Assembly (NCBI RefSeq): GCF_001949145.1 | Contig: NW_019091361.1 | Location: forward strand, 1,990,919 to 2,054,918 | From: Acanthaster planci | Taxonomy: Eukaryota | DNA: 64,000 nt | Reading direction: 5' to 3' | Part shown: positions 42,301-54,236 of the stretch, one piece after another | Numbering within the stretch: the stretch's first letter is position 1 | Layout: each line of letters opens with the position of its first letter | The notes under the pieces: generated by a model | Database searches by the model: none | Seen by the model: only the letters and a program-made list of their open reading frames with translations | What the model was told of the DNA's origin: nothing | Made by a program: the position numbers and the translations under genes

Positions 42301-42706
42301 GAGAAATAAGGCAAGCGCATGCGCATTACCACCACTGGTTGGCAAAGTTGCTTAAATCTATGACGTAACAGTACAAATCTCCATCTTCGCGCCACTATCG
42401 CCGTTTCTGTACTAGTAAATAGTTTGACATAAGTGCCAAACTTAAAGACAAGGAATTGTTACTTTCCGACGTCAGGACACTGAAAACTTCTCTCAGTTTC
42501 AAGAAAAGAGCGCTCAAGTATCGGGCAAAGGTTGTAATGAGGTTTTGATTGACCTTCCACGCTCCAGGTTTTGGTTACTAGCAGCTCGCCTGCACTGCCG
42601 ACAGTGTTGACGGCCGCGCTTGCCCACCAGTGGTAGTAGCGCACATGCGCCCGTAGTAATTTGTATATTTCATGGGAAAGGTCAATTCAGGTTCTATAAA
42701 CCGATA

Positions 42707-42875
42707 CGGGCGATTCACAATAGTGTGCCTCCAAGGGTTTGCAACGCGTTGGCCAATCACAATGCGCAAAATCTGTTGAGCCTCTCCAAACGCGCATTTG
42801 GGTCGACAGATATCGCGCATCGTGATTGGCCAACGCGTTGCAAACTCTAGGAGGTACACTATTGTGAATCGCCCG
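42707..42875. mobile_element. Fold-back palindromic MITE
   Basis: About 75-bp near-perfect inverted arms starting CGGGCGATTCACAATAGTGT, flanked by TA. Confidence 0.75.
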
Positions 42876-44104
42876 TATCGTACGTAACATAAATCACACA
42901 TTAAAGGTTAAAACTGGAGTTTCTTAAATTTATAGCAATGGTATGTCATACAGGAAAGTCCAAAACAAAGGTTTCGTAAACGACATAAATTGAACGATTT
43001 GCGAAATTAAGTAAGACATTTAAAACTTTTCATGAAAGTACACATGGTGAACAGTCTAGGTTACAAATTCAACTTTCTCCACCTCGATGTTTCGAATTAA
43101 AGTAGGCGAAAACATACTCACACATGCCATTCTGCTAGGAGTTCAGGAAATATGTCTGAAACATGACAATGAAACATCTCAAACGGCGCCAAGTACAAAC
43201 AACCTTGCCCAGATCTGCTCTACTTGTCACCAGGACGAATGGAAGTATTGACTGCGTTGGTTGAAGCAATTAACCGAAAAGTAATTACATCGGTAGAGAA
43301 ACTCACAGACTGGCCTGTTCACTGGTCTTTTTATACGACGTTTATTTGCATAATCACATGTCCTCTGTGTTTCCCTTAATTATAACTGGTCATCGTTAAT
43401 GGAACAAGTAAAATCAAGGGAACAGCACGTGATGACGATCCTTATTGATTGACCCACAATCAGTCAAAAAAACCCAAAAAATCTAGGGATGCGAGCAAAA
43501 CGTTATTTTTGAAATGTGATGAAAAAGAGAAAATTTTGGAGAGTGTTTCATTTAATCTTCTCAAAGCAAAGTCCCAAAATTGGCCTCACCACAAGAAAGG
43601 CCATAAAAGGCTGCATGAAGAAATTCCAAAATAGTTGGCCCCCAAAACGAAGGTTGCCCCCGAAAATGTGTGACCTCACTTTTAATTCTAAATGCATATT
43701 TTAAATGATCTTCGAAGAGTCCGTGCATAGAAAATATGCACCATTACATGTATTTCAGGGCAAAAATATTTGCTATTATTGCATTTTGTACAGGGCCTAG
43801 CTATAATAAACCTTCTTCATTATCAAACAAACTTTCTTCTGTACCCATTAATCTGTCACGTCTGTTACGCTACAAATCTGCAGCACAAATTAATCCAGCT
43901 GCATACCTCAAAAATGAGCCATAGCCTTTTATTGTATAAACTTCACAGATACTGTCCTTGCCCATATATAGATAATTACATATTTACAACATTGCACCGA
44001 AAATGCAATCTCTTGGCCTATTTAAATATGCACACATTACTTAAATCTCTCGGCAGCATTATCATGATGACATTTTGGCTGTTTTTTATACCTAGGAAGT
44101 ACAG

Positions 44105-45435
44105 TAAATCCAGAGCAGTACTTTTGACATTATTTTCTTCAAACGGCTGGAACCTCCATGGAATCGTCTGTATCCCCAGTTCTGGCCAACATATTCATGG
44201 AAAATTTGAACAGAACGCCATGTCCACAGCAGATCACAGACCCAAGATTTGGCTACGGTACATGTACGTGGACGACACCTTTTTGATTTGGACAAGACAG
44301 CTTCCATCTCTTCCTGGAACATCTCAACGGGATTCAAAGCAGCATTAAATTCACCATGGAACAAGGAAAGTATGGCAGCATCTTATTTCTTGACGTCCAG
44401 GTTTCCAGAAAGCAGGATGGCAGTCTTACCGGCCGAGTCTGCCGGAAACCGACCCATACTGATATAAACATCCACAGTGCTTCCTTTAATCACCCCAAAA
44501 TCAGGTCTTCTATCAACCGGGCCCTTGTTCGTAGGGCATACAACGTCTGCGACAAGGAACAAGAACCCCACCATATCACCACAGCTCTACATCGGAATGG
44601 ATACAAGTCCAGCCACATAAGGGTGTCACCTATTCCCAAAGCCAACTTGTTACGGCCCCTAGTTCTATCACCTTCCCCCAATTAAGCAGTACTCCCCATA
44701 ACATCCAGCGCACCCTCCACAAGCATGAATTTCGAGTGTACTATAAAGCCCCCGAAGATGCAGAACCTGCTGACCTTGCACAACAACCGCCCTAACCCAC
44801 ACCACAAGCCAGGACTGTACAAGATCCCCTCCCTGTGTGGCAAAGTGAACATCGGCGAGACCGACAGGGACCTCCCTATCAGACACAATGAACACAAAGC
44901 CCATGACAGGAACGGGGAATACGACAAGTCAGTCATCATCAAGCCCTCCCACATCGAAAACCACTAGATCGACTGGAGCCAAACCAAACTCATCGCCAAC
45001 ATTGGTACCCTCGCCGCATTAGAGAAGCCATCGAAATCATCAAGCACAACACAGTCCCCCAGACATCGGTTTCAACATCAGCGACATATGGCGTCCTATC
45101 CTCACATCGCAGTCGAATGGGTCTCCTATACACTTGGCAACCTTCCAAAGTGCTTCCTTCCTTAAGACTGACACACTCTAGCACCCTATGTTCTGCTTCA
45201 GTGCCCTTGGTAGGATCCTTAGTATCCCCTCCACACCTCACCGCCACCAGACACCACATAAACTGCCTCATCGTTGGAACCTCTGCAGTCTCCTGACGAC
45301 AGACAGAAATTCAGTTCCCTCATGACCGGTTCTTTTCAGAACCACACATACTCACAAAAGAGATATCCAAGCATAGTGCAAGGCAAACCTTTTCTTAACT
45401 TGCCACCTTCACCATGAAAAGCTTCAAAGCTTATC
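44105..45435 (+). mobile_element. Penelope-like retroelement relic (RT plus GIY-YIG endonuclease)
   Basis: PKIWLRY(MY)VDDTF, IKFTME...FLDV.V.R...RKPTHTD, GLYKIP..CGKVNIGET.R.L.IR..EHK; multiple frameshifts. Confidence 0.9.
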
Positions 45436-45915
45436 CCCTTCATCCTATGACACCAAGCAAAGCATCCTAAGCTAGTCAAGTGGGGCGCGTGAGTTATATG
45501 CCTATTGCCAATCAATTATTTTTGTGTTTGATAGGTTTCTCTGCAAGCACAGAAATTAGGTTATCTTGTTCAGACGCTAAACAGTCGACGATAACCCAGC
45601 TTGTTTTGGTTTACCTATGAATTCGCTTGGGTTAAAAATGGCTGGTAGAAATTTTGAACTTCATTTTCTTTACTCTAAGCTTTCTTGGAGTCTTGGAAGG
45701 TGAGGCTGCCCCAAAATTCGGGATTATTACTAAAATGTACGGCCAAATCCAGACTGAACTGAGTTTGCAAACTCAGAATTGAGACCAATCGGAGACAAGA
45801 TCTTTAGATGATCACGGGATCCAAGTCGGTTTCTGGGACTTTAAGCTGATGATATCACGCTGTTAACTTGGCTTCGAGACAGCCCTGGCATGGAAGAAGC
45901 TGCCCGTGGATTGAA

Positions 45916-48900
45916 TCACAGATACAATACGGCTATTTCAGCAAGCTTACGTATTGACGTTTTAACCACTTGTACATCCCTCTCGGTGAGAGAGCAGTTC
46001 CTCAGGTTCAGTTCCTGCAGGCATTGTAACTCTCTGAAAGAAGAAGACCATAACTCAGCCGTACCACTTAGAGTTGCGTTCCCACTGAGATCCAGTTCTA
46101 CCACATCACTTCTGTGACCGTTTATAGTCTGTAAAACGCTAGACAAATTTGTATTAGTGATTGGTTTGTTCAGGCGCAGCCTTGTGCCAAAGAAGAGGGC
46201 AGTAAGCTCCAATCGATAAGTCGTCTCGTCATCAGAGACAACGCTAATAGAGCAGTCCAAGAGCCTTCCAAAACACTCAAGTGAAAGACTGTGTATGTTT
46301 TTGTCGTTGAAATTGCAACCACATAGCTTCAGCGATTGGAGGTGGCATAAACCCAACAAATAAGGACACCAAACTTCGGCCGATCCACCAAGTAGTTCAT
46401 TACCAGAAAGAACGAGCTCAAACAAGTTGGGCAGATCAGACAGCGATTCGATGATGCGTGAAGCGTGTTCTCCACTCAGAAAACAATTACTAACATCCAG
46501 CTTTTCAAGGTGTTTCAGATATGTTAATGCATAAGCCCACGACACACTTGAACCACCAATTATTTGATTTCCACTGAGTGTCAATTCAATCAAGAAGCGA
46601 AACGCCTCTGTTGTGAGGGTCGTCAATGCATTTACCACATTTACACCGGCAAGTAACTTACTCAGATTAAGCCTAACCGTACCCGCACCGGTTTCTTCTA
46701 GGCGACAAGTGAAATCCCCCTTAAATCCAGCTACAAAATTGCTCAACTCTTTTCCTTCAAATTTCCGAGTACCCAGCCTCAAGGTCTTGAGGTGTTCCAG
46801 TTGCTGTAAGTAGGGACACCAGCATGCAGCTATTGAACCTTTACTTGCGAGATTCAGTTCAACCAAGCTGGGCAAAACTCGCAACGACCGAGCACAGAGA
46901 GTGACATCGTTTGCTGTGAATGAACTATTACGTAAATCCAGCTTCTGGATGTGCTGGAATTGCCTCAGTTTCATGGCCCATAGTTGAGCCGAGTCACTAA
47001 GGTTGACTTTCTCGTTAAGACTCAACTCTGACAAATTTTGCCTGACTGTCATCGCTTCCAATACATCTGCGAGATCTCTCCCGTTTAACGGAAACTGATT
47101 CAAATCAACTTTCATGCCCACGTCGGTTTGTTTAATGGGGACAGTTCTCTTCGCCTCATATACAAACCCAAGTGAGCAGTCCACAATATTTGTCAAACGG
47201 CCAACTGACTGAAGAAAAAGCTTCATATCAGCTTTATTCATAGTGCAATTCTCTAGTCTAAGTCTATGCAGGTTGGTGAAATGATCCAAGTGGAAATGCA
47301 ATATTGGTAGTGTATTCCCATTGAGACTCAGTTCTACTAGGTCACGCCTGTCACCTATCGCCCTTAACACGCGTGCTAGATCATTTTCATCAAATGAAAA
47401 CTTGCTCAAATCCACCTTAATGCCGTCTGCATCAGTTCTCTGAATAAGATGTAATACCTCTGGATCATAAACGAAACTCACGGAGCAATCGACAAGACTT
47501 TCCATGCAACCGGCAGATTGAAGAAAATGCCTCAGGCCTTCTCTTTTGATGCTGCAATTTTCCAGTGTCACCTTTTGAACGTGTTTAAGACCCCGGAAAT
47601 GCAATTCTGCCAGTGAATCTCCACCCAGGACAACTTCAACAAGGTCACTTCTTATAGCTATGGCATCCAAAACATCTGCAAGATCTACGCTTGCCATTGA
47701 ACACTGGCTCAGATTTAACCTGATACCACAATCTGTCGGCTCAATCAGGTGACTGCTGCCCGTCTGATCTCTGTCAAAACTGATTAAACAATTCACAAGA
47801 TTTCTCATCGATCCCACAGCTTCGGCAATGCATTTCATATCTTGACATTGCATGTTACAGCCGACCAGGCCTAACATCTGAAGGTGTTCCAGCTCTTTTA
47901 CGCAAGGACACCAGACATTTGCTGATCCAGCAAGGGTTTTATTTAATGAAATGTCCAATTCAACCACACTGGGTACATCGCGCAGTGACACAGCAATATG
48001 TTTCATATCTTCACCAGTTAATGCACATTCACTCAACACAAGGCTTTGGAGCCGTTTTAGATGTGAAAGGTGCGAAGCCCACAACGCCGCGGAACCACCC
48101 AACGCTTCGTTGTATGACAGGTTCAACACCGCCAGGTTTGTCGCAAGTCTCATTGACGACATAATATCAGCCATACTGCCAACAGTTAATGAGCAATCCA
48201 TCAGAAGCAATGACAAAAGATTTGTCATGACACTCATGGAATACGATAAGCTTTCACAAAACCTCTCAATGTTACATTTAAGCAACTCTACCTTCTGCAC
48301 TTGCGCCAGGCAAGCTTGTCCATTATCATCAGCAACATCCTTCAAAAAGTAAGTGAGGGCGTTTAGACTGTCAGTATCCCAGACCATGAGACGTATTTCG
48401 TCAGTTACAATTGACCGTATGCTTTCTACTGGTGGCAATTCTGCTGGTTGCCCCTCAAAGTAACAATTGATGGCCAACTTCCGTAGCTTCCCGTCAAACT
48501 GTACTTCTTGGAATGACCTCAAAATAGCATTCAGACACGACTGACTGTCCCCGGAACAAAAGTGCAGAAGACTGTCAAATTTCACTGGTCCGAGAGATAC
48601 AATTTGATCTAGTGTCTTTTGGAATTGCTGCTCGTCTGCCGCAAGTAGGTTCTGCATATGTTTAGCTGCACAGAACTCTTGTATCGTCTTGTGGATAAAC
48701 TGTATACTGTTATGCATCTTTATCCCCTTTAAGACCCTCTGCTTGGTCAAGACACCTGCTGTTATTGCCATATCAAGCACACTCATGGAAAAGTCACTTT
48801 CTGTAAATGCGAGAATCTGGCTTGGGGAGAGGAGCCCACGTAGCGCTACCCGCCCCATCTCATTTACAACCGTTGTGATATCATCCGGGGACATGCAGGC

Positions 48901-49835
48901 TTTTCTTTTCAGTATGTAAGTCAACGCCTCTTCATAAAGCCTAGACTTTGTTTCTGGGAGCGTGGATTCTCCCCTCCACAGTAGGCACATCAAAAGAAGC
49001 ATCATGGGACTTTTTGCCAAGTCAAACAGAACATCAGAGGATCTGATCCTCCCAAGAAGCCCCTCTGCCTGGCCAAGCTCGTCTGGATAAAACTTATTTA
49101 CATATTCACAGATATCTTTGGGGCCGAATCCCATAACTCTGACATGGGTGAATGGTTTTTGAACCAGTGATTTTGTTACCAAGTTGGCATAGTGGGAGGG
49201 GCGCGTTGTCACTACAACAGAGCAACCTGTGTATTTCTTCCGATGTAGGACATGAAAGACAGAACCAAATGAGCTTTCACAGAGTGCGCTTGTCATGAGC
49301 TCGTCAAAACCATCCATCAGAAACAGTACTTTATCGGAACTGTCTTGAATGTACAAGTCCAAAACACGTCGGTCACTACTTGTCAACCAGGGCAACAGCT
49401 GGTCAGAAATGGCGTCAATGACGTCACAACCTTGTTCCAGTGCATGCATTTTCAAAACAAAAACAAGCTTGTATTTCTGCAGGACTCTAATGTAAACTGC
49501 CCAATCATACGCCATTTTTTTGACAAGCGTTGACTTTCCTCTGCCGGGTTCACCCTTTAATATTGCGATGTGGATTGGGTCGCCATTTTTAGTTTTCACC
49601 TCAAAAATTTCCCCGTAAGTTTCCAAAACCCTGCTCCTTCTCTCTGAATCGGTCAGGCCTTCTTCAGTTTCCAACATCAATCCCGAGTAGATTTCGTCAA
49701 TGTGCTTCGAGTCATCGTCAACCCACGGTATCATAGGCACATAGCTACCTGTGGACTTGTACGTGGTCCTTAACGCTTCTGCACACCTCTCGATGACTCT
49801 TCTATGCTGTTCTATGCTCTCGAGACTACTGTAAT
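45916..49835 (-). CDS. NLR main exon: NACHT NTPase, winged helix and ribonuclease-inhibitor-type LRRs
   Basis: Walker A GEPGRGKST, Walker B VLFLMDGFDE, sensor-1 VVTTRP, WHD FIHKTIQEFCAA, many LxxLxLxxC/N repeats. The frame stays open upstream of the track's GTG start to acceptor AACAAGCAG|AT. Confidence 0.95.
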
Positions 49836-50883
49836 CTGCTTGTTAAATAACAAACAAACAAATTGTTTTCACTTTTGGTAGAAGAGCGGTCGTTGGCCAA
49901 GGCGTGCATTATGCCGTGGATACTGGCAAGTCCCAAAAGGTACTAGCTTGAGCAGCGAAGCGTCTTTACCTCTCGCTTTTTTTACCGATTTGGTTGAGAA
50001 AGTTTAATGCATAATGTTATTGACCGGATATTGAACAATGAAATTAGTGGAGAATTACTCGCATTATTTTAGAGTAAGTGATGTCACATATGCTCACAAT
50101 AGCACAAGCAAAACAAGGTCGCGATCTAAGTCCGCAAGCCGACCGTCTGCAGTCTAGACATTGAGAAATCATCGGCAAATGGACTCAAAACATATTCCAC
50201 TCAGATATTTTCTGACAACTCAGGAAAGTAAGCAAAAGAAACCGATGCTTTCTTTCTGAAAAGTTGCGAAGGGGCAGTTTCGGGTAATAAAATGAACAAA
50301 AATGGAATAGAGTACTCGTAATCAGCGGTTGGGTTGCGGGCAATCGGGTACTCGGCATGGCCCTACAAAGAACCATCAAAGGAGTGTGCTCAAGGCCTAA
50401 GGATGCACTGAGCGGGAGGTGTTTTCTCCGCTTGTCTTACGTAATGGCATGACCAAGGCTCTGATAGGGGGCTCTCACTGACCCACATGACCCAACGAAC
50501 ATCCGCTGTAGTTGTAGGCAGAGACTGCAGTGCCACGCACAGTAGTTATGCAAGCATTCAAAGCTTCATGACAAAACGATAACAAGTGCTGGATCAGCAG
50601 GGTAATGACAACTGTGCAAGGCAAGAGGTGCCCTTTATGCCAATTGATAAAGAATTCAAGCTTATTTTAAGAGCATACAACCTGCGATATACGGTTGCTG
50701 AACCAAACACTTGTCTACGGTACTGAGTGCGTTCGCCAGCTTCCATGTGAGTGACACGGGTCTAACCCACAGATCTGTAACTTCAACCCCACCGCCTTTT
50801 TTGTTTGACACAGAGAGACAAATATAAAAACTTGAGCGCCAACTTCTAATTTTCCGCACTGAGAAATTTTGACGCCGTCTGGG

Positions 50884-50929
50884 CAAAGATCGTATAGCAT
50901 CGCAACGCGGCGGCGCTACACGATCTTTG
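50884..50929. mobile_element. 46-bp palindromic mini-element (CAAAGAT family)
   Basis: CAAAGATCGTATAGC / GCTACACGATCTTTG inverted ends; degenerate TSD; related to the 52985 copy. Confidence 0.55.
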
Positions 50930-51908
50930 GTCGTGGGGCAGATACTTTTTTAATCCATGTGCGTGCTTGTAGAACATTCAAAATCAGAATGTATTCTAAA
51001 TGCAACGCGGAAGTACCACGTACGCAATCGTAAGAGCAATTGCACATGTTTATTTACATCCATAGCTGATTGTTTTAAAACCTAAACATTGTTTTTCCCT
51101 AAACATTCGAGCACGGTTGCCAATTTCGGTATGCATGTCTTTCGATGGCTGTCTTTCGATGTATAAGTTCAGCCGATTTAAAAATTTGTTCACTTAATTC
51201 AGTCAGTGTTGAGAGAGTTGACGGCTCTGAAGCAGCAGCTATGGTGCGCATAGGGTACCGATAAAATCTGATTTAAAAAGTCACGAAAAAATTTATACGC
51301 GCACGTGTGTGTGTTTTTTTTTTTTGCGTCAACAAAATGAAACGCCCATTTATCTTTATTATATTCAGGAATTACACAACTTGTAAATGAGCAGTTGATT
51401 GCCTACAAGACAGTGTTGGCGATCACGGCTTTGCCATTGTCATTAGGATCTGTTTCGTGTTGTGAGGTACCAGGCGCGCCTTGATTCAAGGCTAGGAGGG
51501 ATGAGAGCAGTAGTGTATATTTGGTCTGGGACAGGTAAGGGGGATTTTTTCCTGAAATGATTGTCATCTTTGTTTTTTATTGTAGAAGAACTCTTCCCCC
51601 TCCAAAGGAAGGGGCAACTTAGTACTGCTTCCAAGTGTTCACACTTTAAGTTTAAATTAAAATATATAATGTCCGAGGGGGACAACTTGTCCCTCGCCCT
51701 TTCCCGTTGGACGCTCCACTATGGATGGAAGAATAGGCCTCTATCGTCGGGATATTATGATTTCTCCTCCATTAGTGGTCAGACGCACCCCCTTATGAAG
51801 TCTGATCATTTAAAAAATGTCAGGATCCACAACGACTGTAAGAGTGCGCAACAGTTCACGGCAATTTCACGGGATTAAAGTTACGAACATAACGATCTTA
51901 TTTCTTAC

Positions 51909-51974
51909 GTTTAGCCAGACTTGTTTTTTCGGCCGCCGTTGAGGTTGATTCTTCTGATGATTTGGAAACACAGT
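51909..51974 (-). CDS. NLR exon 4 (linker CVSKSSEESTSTAAEKTSLAK)
   Basis: Acceptor CTAATTCCAG|AC, donor C|GTAAGA; 66 nt, phase 1-1, open. Confidence 0.65.
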
Positions 51975-52403
51975 CTGGAATTAGCACGAAACAAACGTGA
52001 TTTCTGATTAGAATAATCGGAAGACGCCTGACATAGATAGGGATGAGTTCTATTCAGAGAGCAACTTGCTAAACTGTTTTTAAATAATTAATGATGACAA
52101 GAAAACCATCCCAAGTAGTATGGCTAAACTTGAAAACTTGAAACTTAAAACTTTAATGCTTGTAATGTCACTCAGCCTGAAAACCAGCGATTTTTACATA
52201 TGGTCTCATATATAAAAGTAGAATAACATTCCACCATTCTGCTAACAGGCAGTGCCTGCAAAATATTTTCCTGTATGATATGAACACAGTTTCTCAGAAA
52301 TGACGATTCATTTACAATGCATATCTCAGTTTACTGCTGAGTTTGTCCTCAGTCTTCAACAGATCTCCACATTTTCATTTTAAGTTTGTCTTAAAAAACT
52401 CAC

Positions 52404-52496
52404 CTGACGGCCGTGCTGCAGTGGCTGGAACTTGAGTTGGTTGGTCAGCCATACAAGGTACATTTCCCAAAAGGGCTTCTGTGCCATACGGCCGAT
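52404..52496 (-). CDS. NLR exon 3 (linker RPYGTEALLGNVPCMADQPTQVPATAARPS)
   Basis: Donor CAG|GTGAGT, weaker AAG acceptor; 93 nt, phase 1-1, open. Confidence 0.6.
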
Positions 52497-52984
52497 CTTC
52501 GATTGAAGAGATCAAATTTCACAATAAACCAAACAGACATAACTTGATAGGCCTTATCAATTTGACGGACCGAGCCTGAAGGTCAAGCCTATGCAACCTA
52601 AAGTGCAGACAGTAATGGGGGATGACAGTCGCTTGAGTACTCATGGACAGTTTGTTACTCTAATATTCGTGGTGTAACCATTGTGGAATCAAGGCTGCAC
52701 TTCTGCTACCAGACAGTCCGCCAAAACACTTCAACTGAATTGTTGGCTGATAAAAATTCCCGTATACACAAACATGATGGACAAAAATCGAACTAGGTAG
52801 GTGTCGTGGATTACTTCTATGTGTCAAATCCACACATATCATTATGGGCCCAGTGTCTGGCTTTGTACTACGTCTGAATATGTCTCCGTCATCTGAGTGA
52901 TGTATATTACGCGATGTGACTAATGATTCGGACCAATGCGCTCACGCGCACTGCAAAAACAGTCCAGCACAGCACCGTTCAAAC

Positions 52985-53069
52985 CAAAGATCTTATAGCG
53001 CCCCGTAGCGGCGCTATATAATCACACCATAGAGCCGGGCAGCCGCTGCGTGGCGCTGTACTATCTTTA
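52985..53069. mobile_element. 85-bp mini-element (CAAAGAT family)
   Basis: CAAAGATCTTATAGCGCC ... GGCGCTGTACTATCTTTA; flanks GTTCAAAC / GTTCAAAG (7/8 TSD match). Confidence 0.6.
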
Positions 53070-53835
53070 GTTCAAAGTGTGAGCAAAATAAATAACTCAC
53101 GCATGCGCTACGCACGCTTAATAACTGCGATGTAGCAATTAAAAAAACGAAAGAAAGCTACGAATAAATTTCTAACTTACGTAATGTTGATGCTTCTTAT
53201 GTACAGTAGCAAATTATTTTTTTTCCACCAAACGATAAAAGCAATGAGCAGATTCGGTATTTCAAAAAGTAAAGATCTTTCGGGAACAAAGTGCGCGCGA
53301 GTCGGTGTATGGCTATACGCTGATAGGACAGACTATCACGCTCGATCGCCCTGTGGTAGCTGTTCGTGAATAGCCTTGTGTACTGACCATGCAAGTCATA
53401 TTGTGACGCGATTTTTGCGATTTTATGTCGGAATAAGAAAGAAATGTCCCCTTGTATTCAAAGAGGATTTATTTAGTCGTTACGATAGCGAATACGGATG
53501 CAATTTAAGGAAGGGTAGATGAATTTTTGCGAATGGAATTCACAAAAGTTAAACATATTTGCATCTTGAGCAAATTTGGCTGCAAACGTTTCGTGAAGCA
53601 AAATTCGCTTCGCTTTCGCCTTCCTCTGAACTTAGTATGAACGGGCCACAACGCGTGCGAAATTCGTCTCCTCGGATCTATTCCAATTTCAAAACAAGTC
53701 TGCCAGACGGGTTTTAGACGAGTTCAGTGCCTTCACAATCTTAAGCCAAAGTAGGCCTACGATTTTTTAGTAATAATTTGGTCAGTTTTTTTAGGATAAT
53801 TTCAATAATCCACTCTAAAAGGAATTGTCGTTTAC

Positions 53836-53979
53836 CTTGTGCTCGGGATTGGTGAACATGTATATTTATTTGTGTAGTACTTCCTGGTGCATTAACAACA
53901 GCAAGATTCCCAGAACCTATCAGTTTCTGACTCACTGAAGACTGCGCAATTTGTTGAGAGGCCACGATTGGTTGAACAT
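53836..53979 (-). CDS. NLR exon 2 containing RHIM-like motif (SQKLIGSGNLAVVNAPGSTTQINIHVHQ)
   Basis: Acceptor CTTCACCCTAG|AT, donor AAG|GTAAAC; 144 nt, phase 1-1. Confidence 0.7.
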
Positions 53980-54130
53980 CTAGGGTGAAGATAACAAGTC
54001 ATGTCACGTTGTATACAAGACAACAGGTAAAAGATCTTTGCTCCTACCAACCGAATTCACACAAAAAATCTCCTTTCTATTCCGCAAATTAAATGTAAAA
54101 CGCTATTGTACATGTAGAGTAGGATTTCAC

Positions 54131-54236
54131 CTGCTGGTTCTGTCTGATTTACTGATGTCTTGATATCCAGTTCTTGATTCTTGTTTCTTTCCAGTTCGGT
54201 TTTGTCCAAGTTCGTTCTGTCTGCGGACCCCGCCAT
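54131..54236 (-). CDS. NLR first coding exon (MAGSADRTNLDKTELERNKNQELDIKTSVNQTEPA)
   Basis: ATG in AAT-ATG-G context just after acceptor CTTTCAG| (exon starts 54244); donor CAG|GTGAAA. An upstream coding exon cannot be excluded because the acceptor is also phase 1. Confidence 0.6.

Larger units (their letters stand above)
45916..54236 (-). other. Gene span: NACHT-LRR (NLR) protein, 5 coding exons, about 1442 aa
   Basis: 106+144+93+66+3920 nt = 1443 codons including stop; all introns are phase 1, GT-AG. Confidence 0.75.

Noticed and set aside
42578..42901. Similar peptides on both strands (IRAIHNSVPPRVCNALANH)
   Set aside because: Artefact of the inverted repeat
46613..49533. Plus-strand ORFs overlapping the NLR exon
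   Set aside because: Antisense shadows of the real CDS
49738..49740. GTG start of the 1274-aa ORF
   Set aside because: Eukaryotic gene; the frame continues to a splice acceptor at 49835
50441..50525. Extra NLR exon ending at TAC|GTAAG
   Set aside because: The frame needed for a phase-1 join contains a stop
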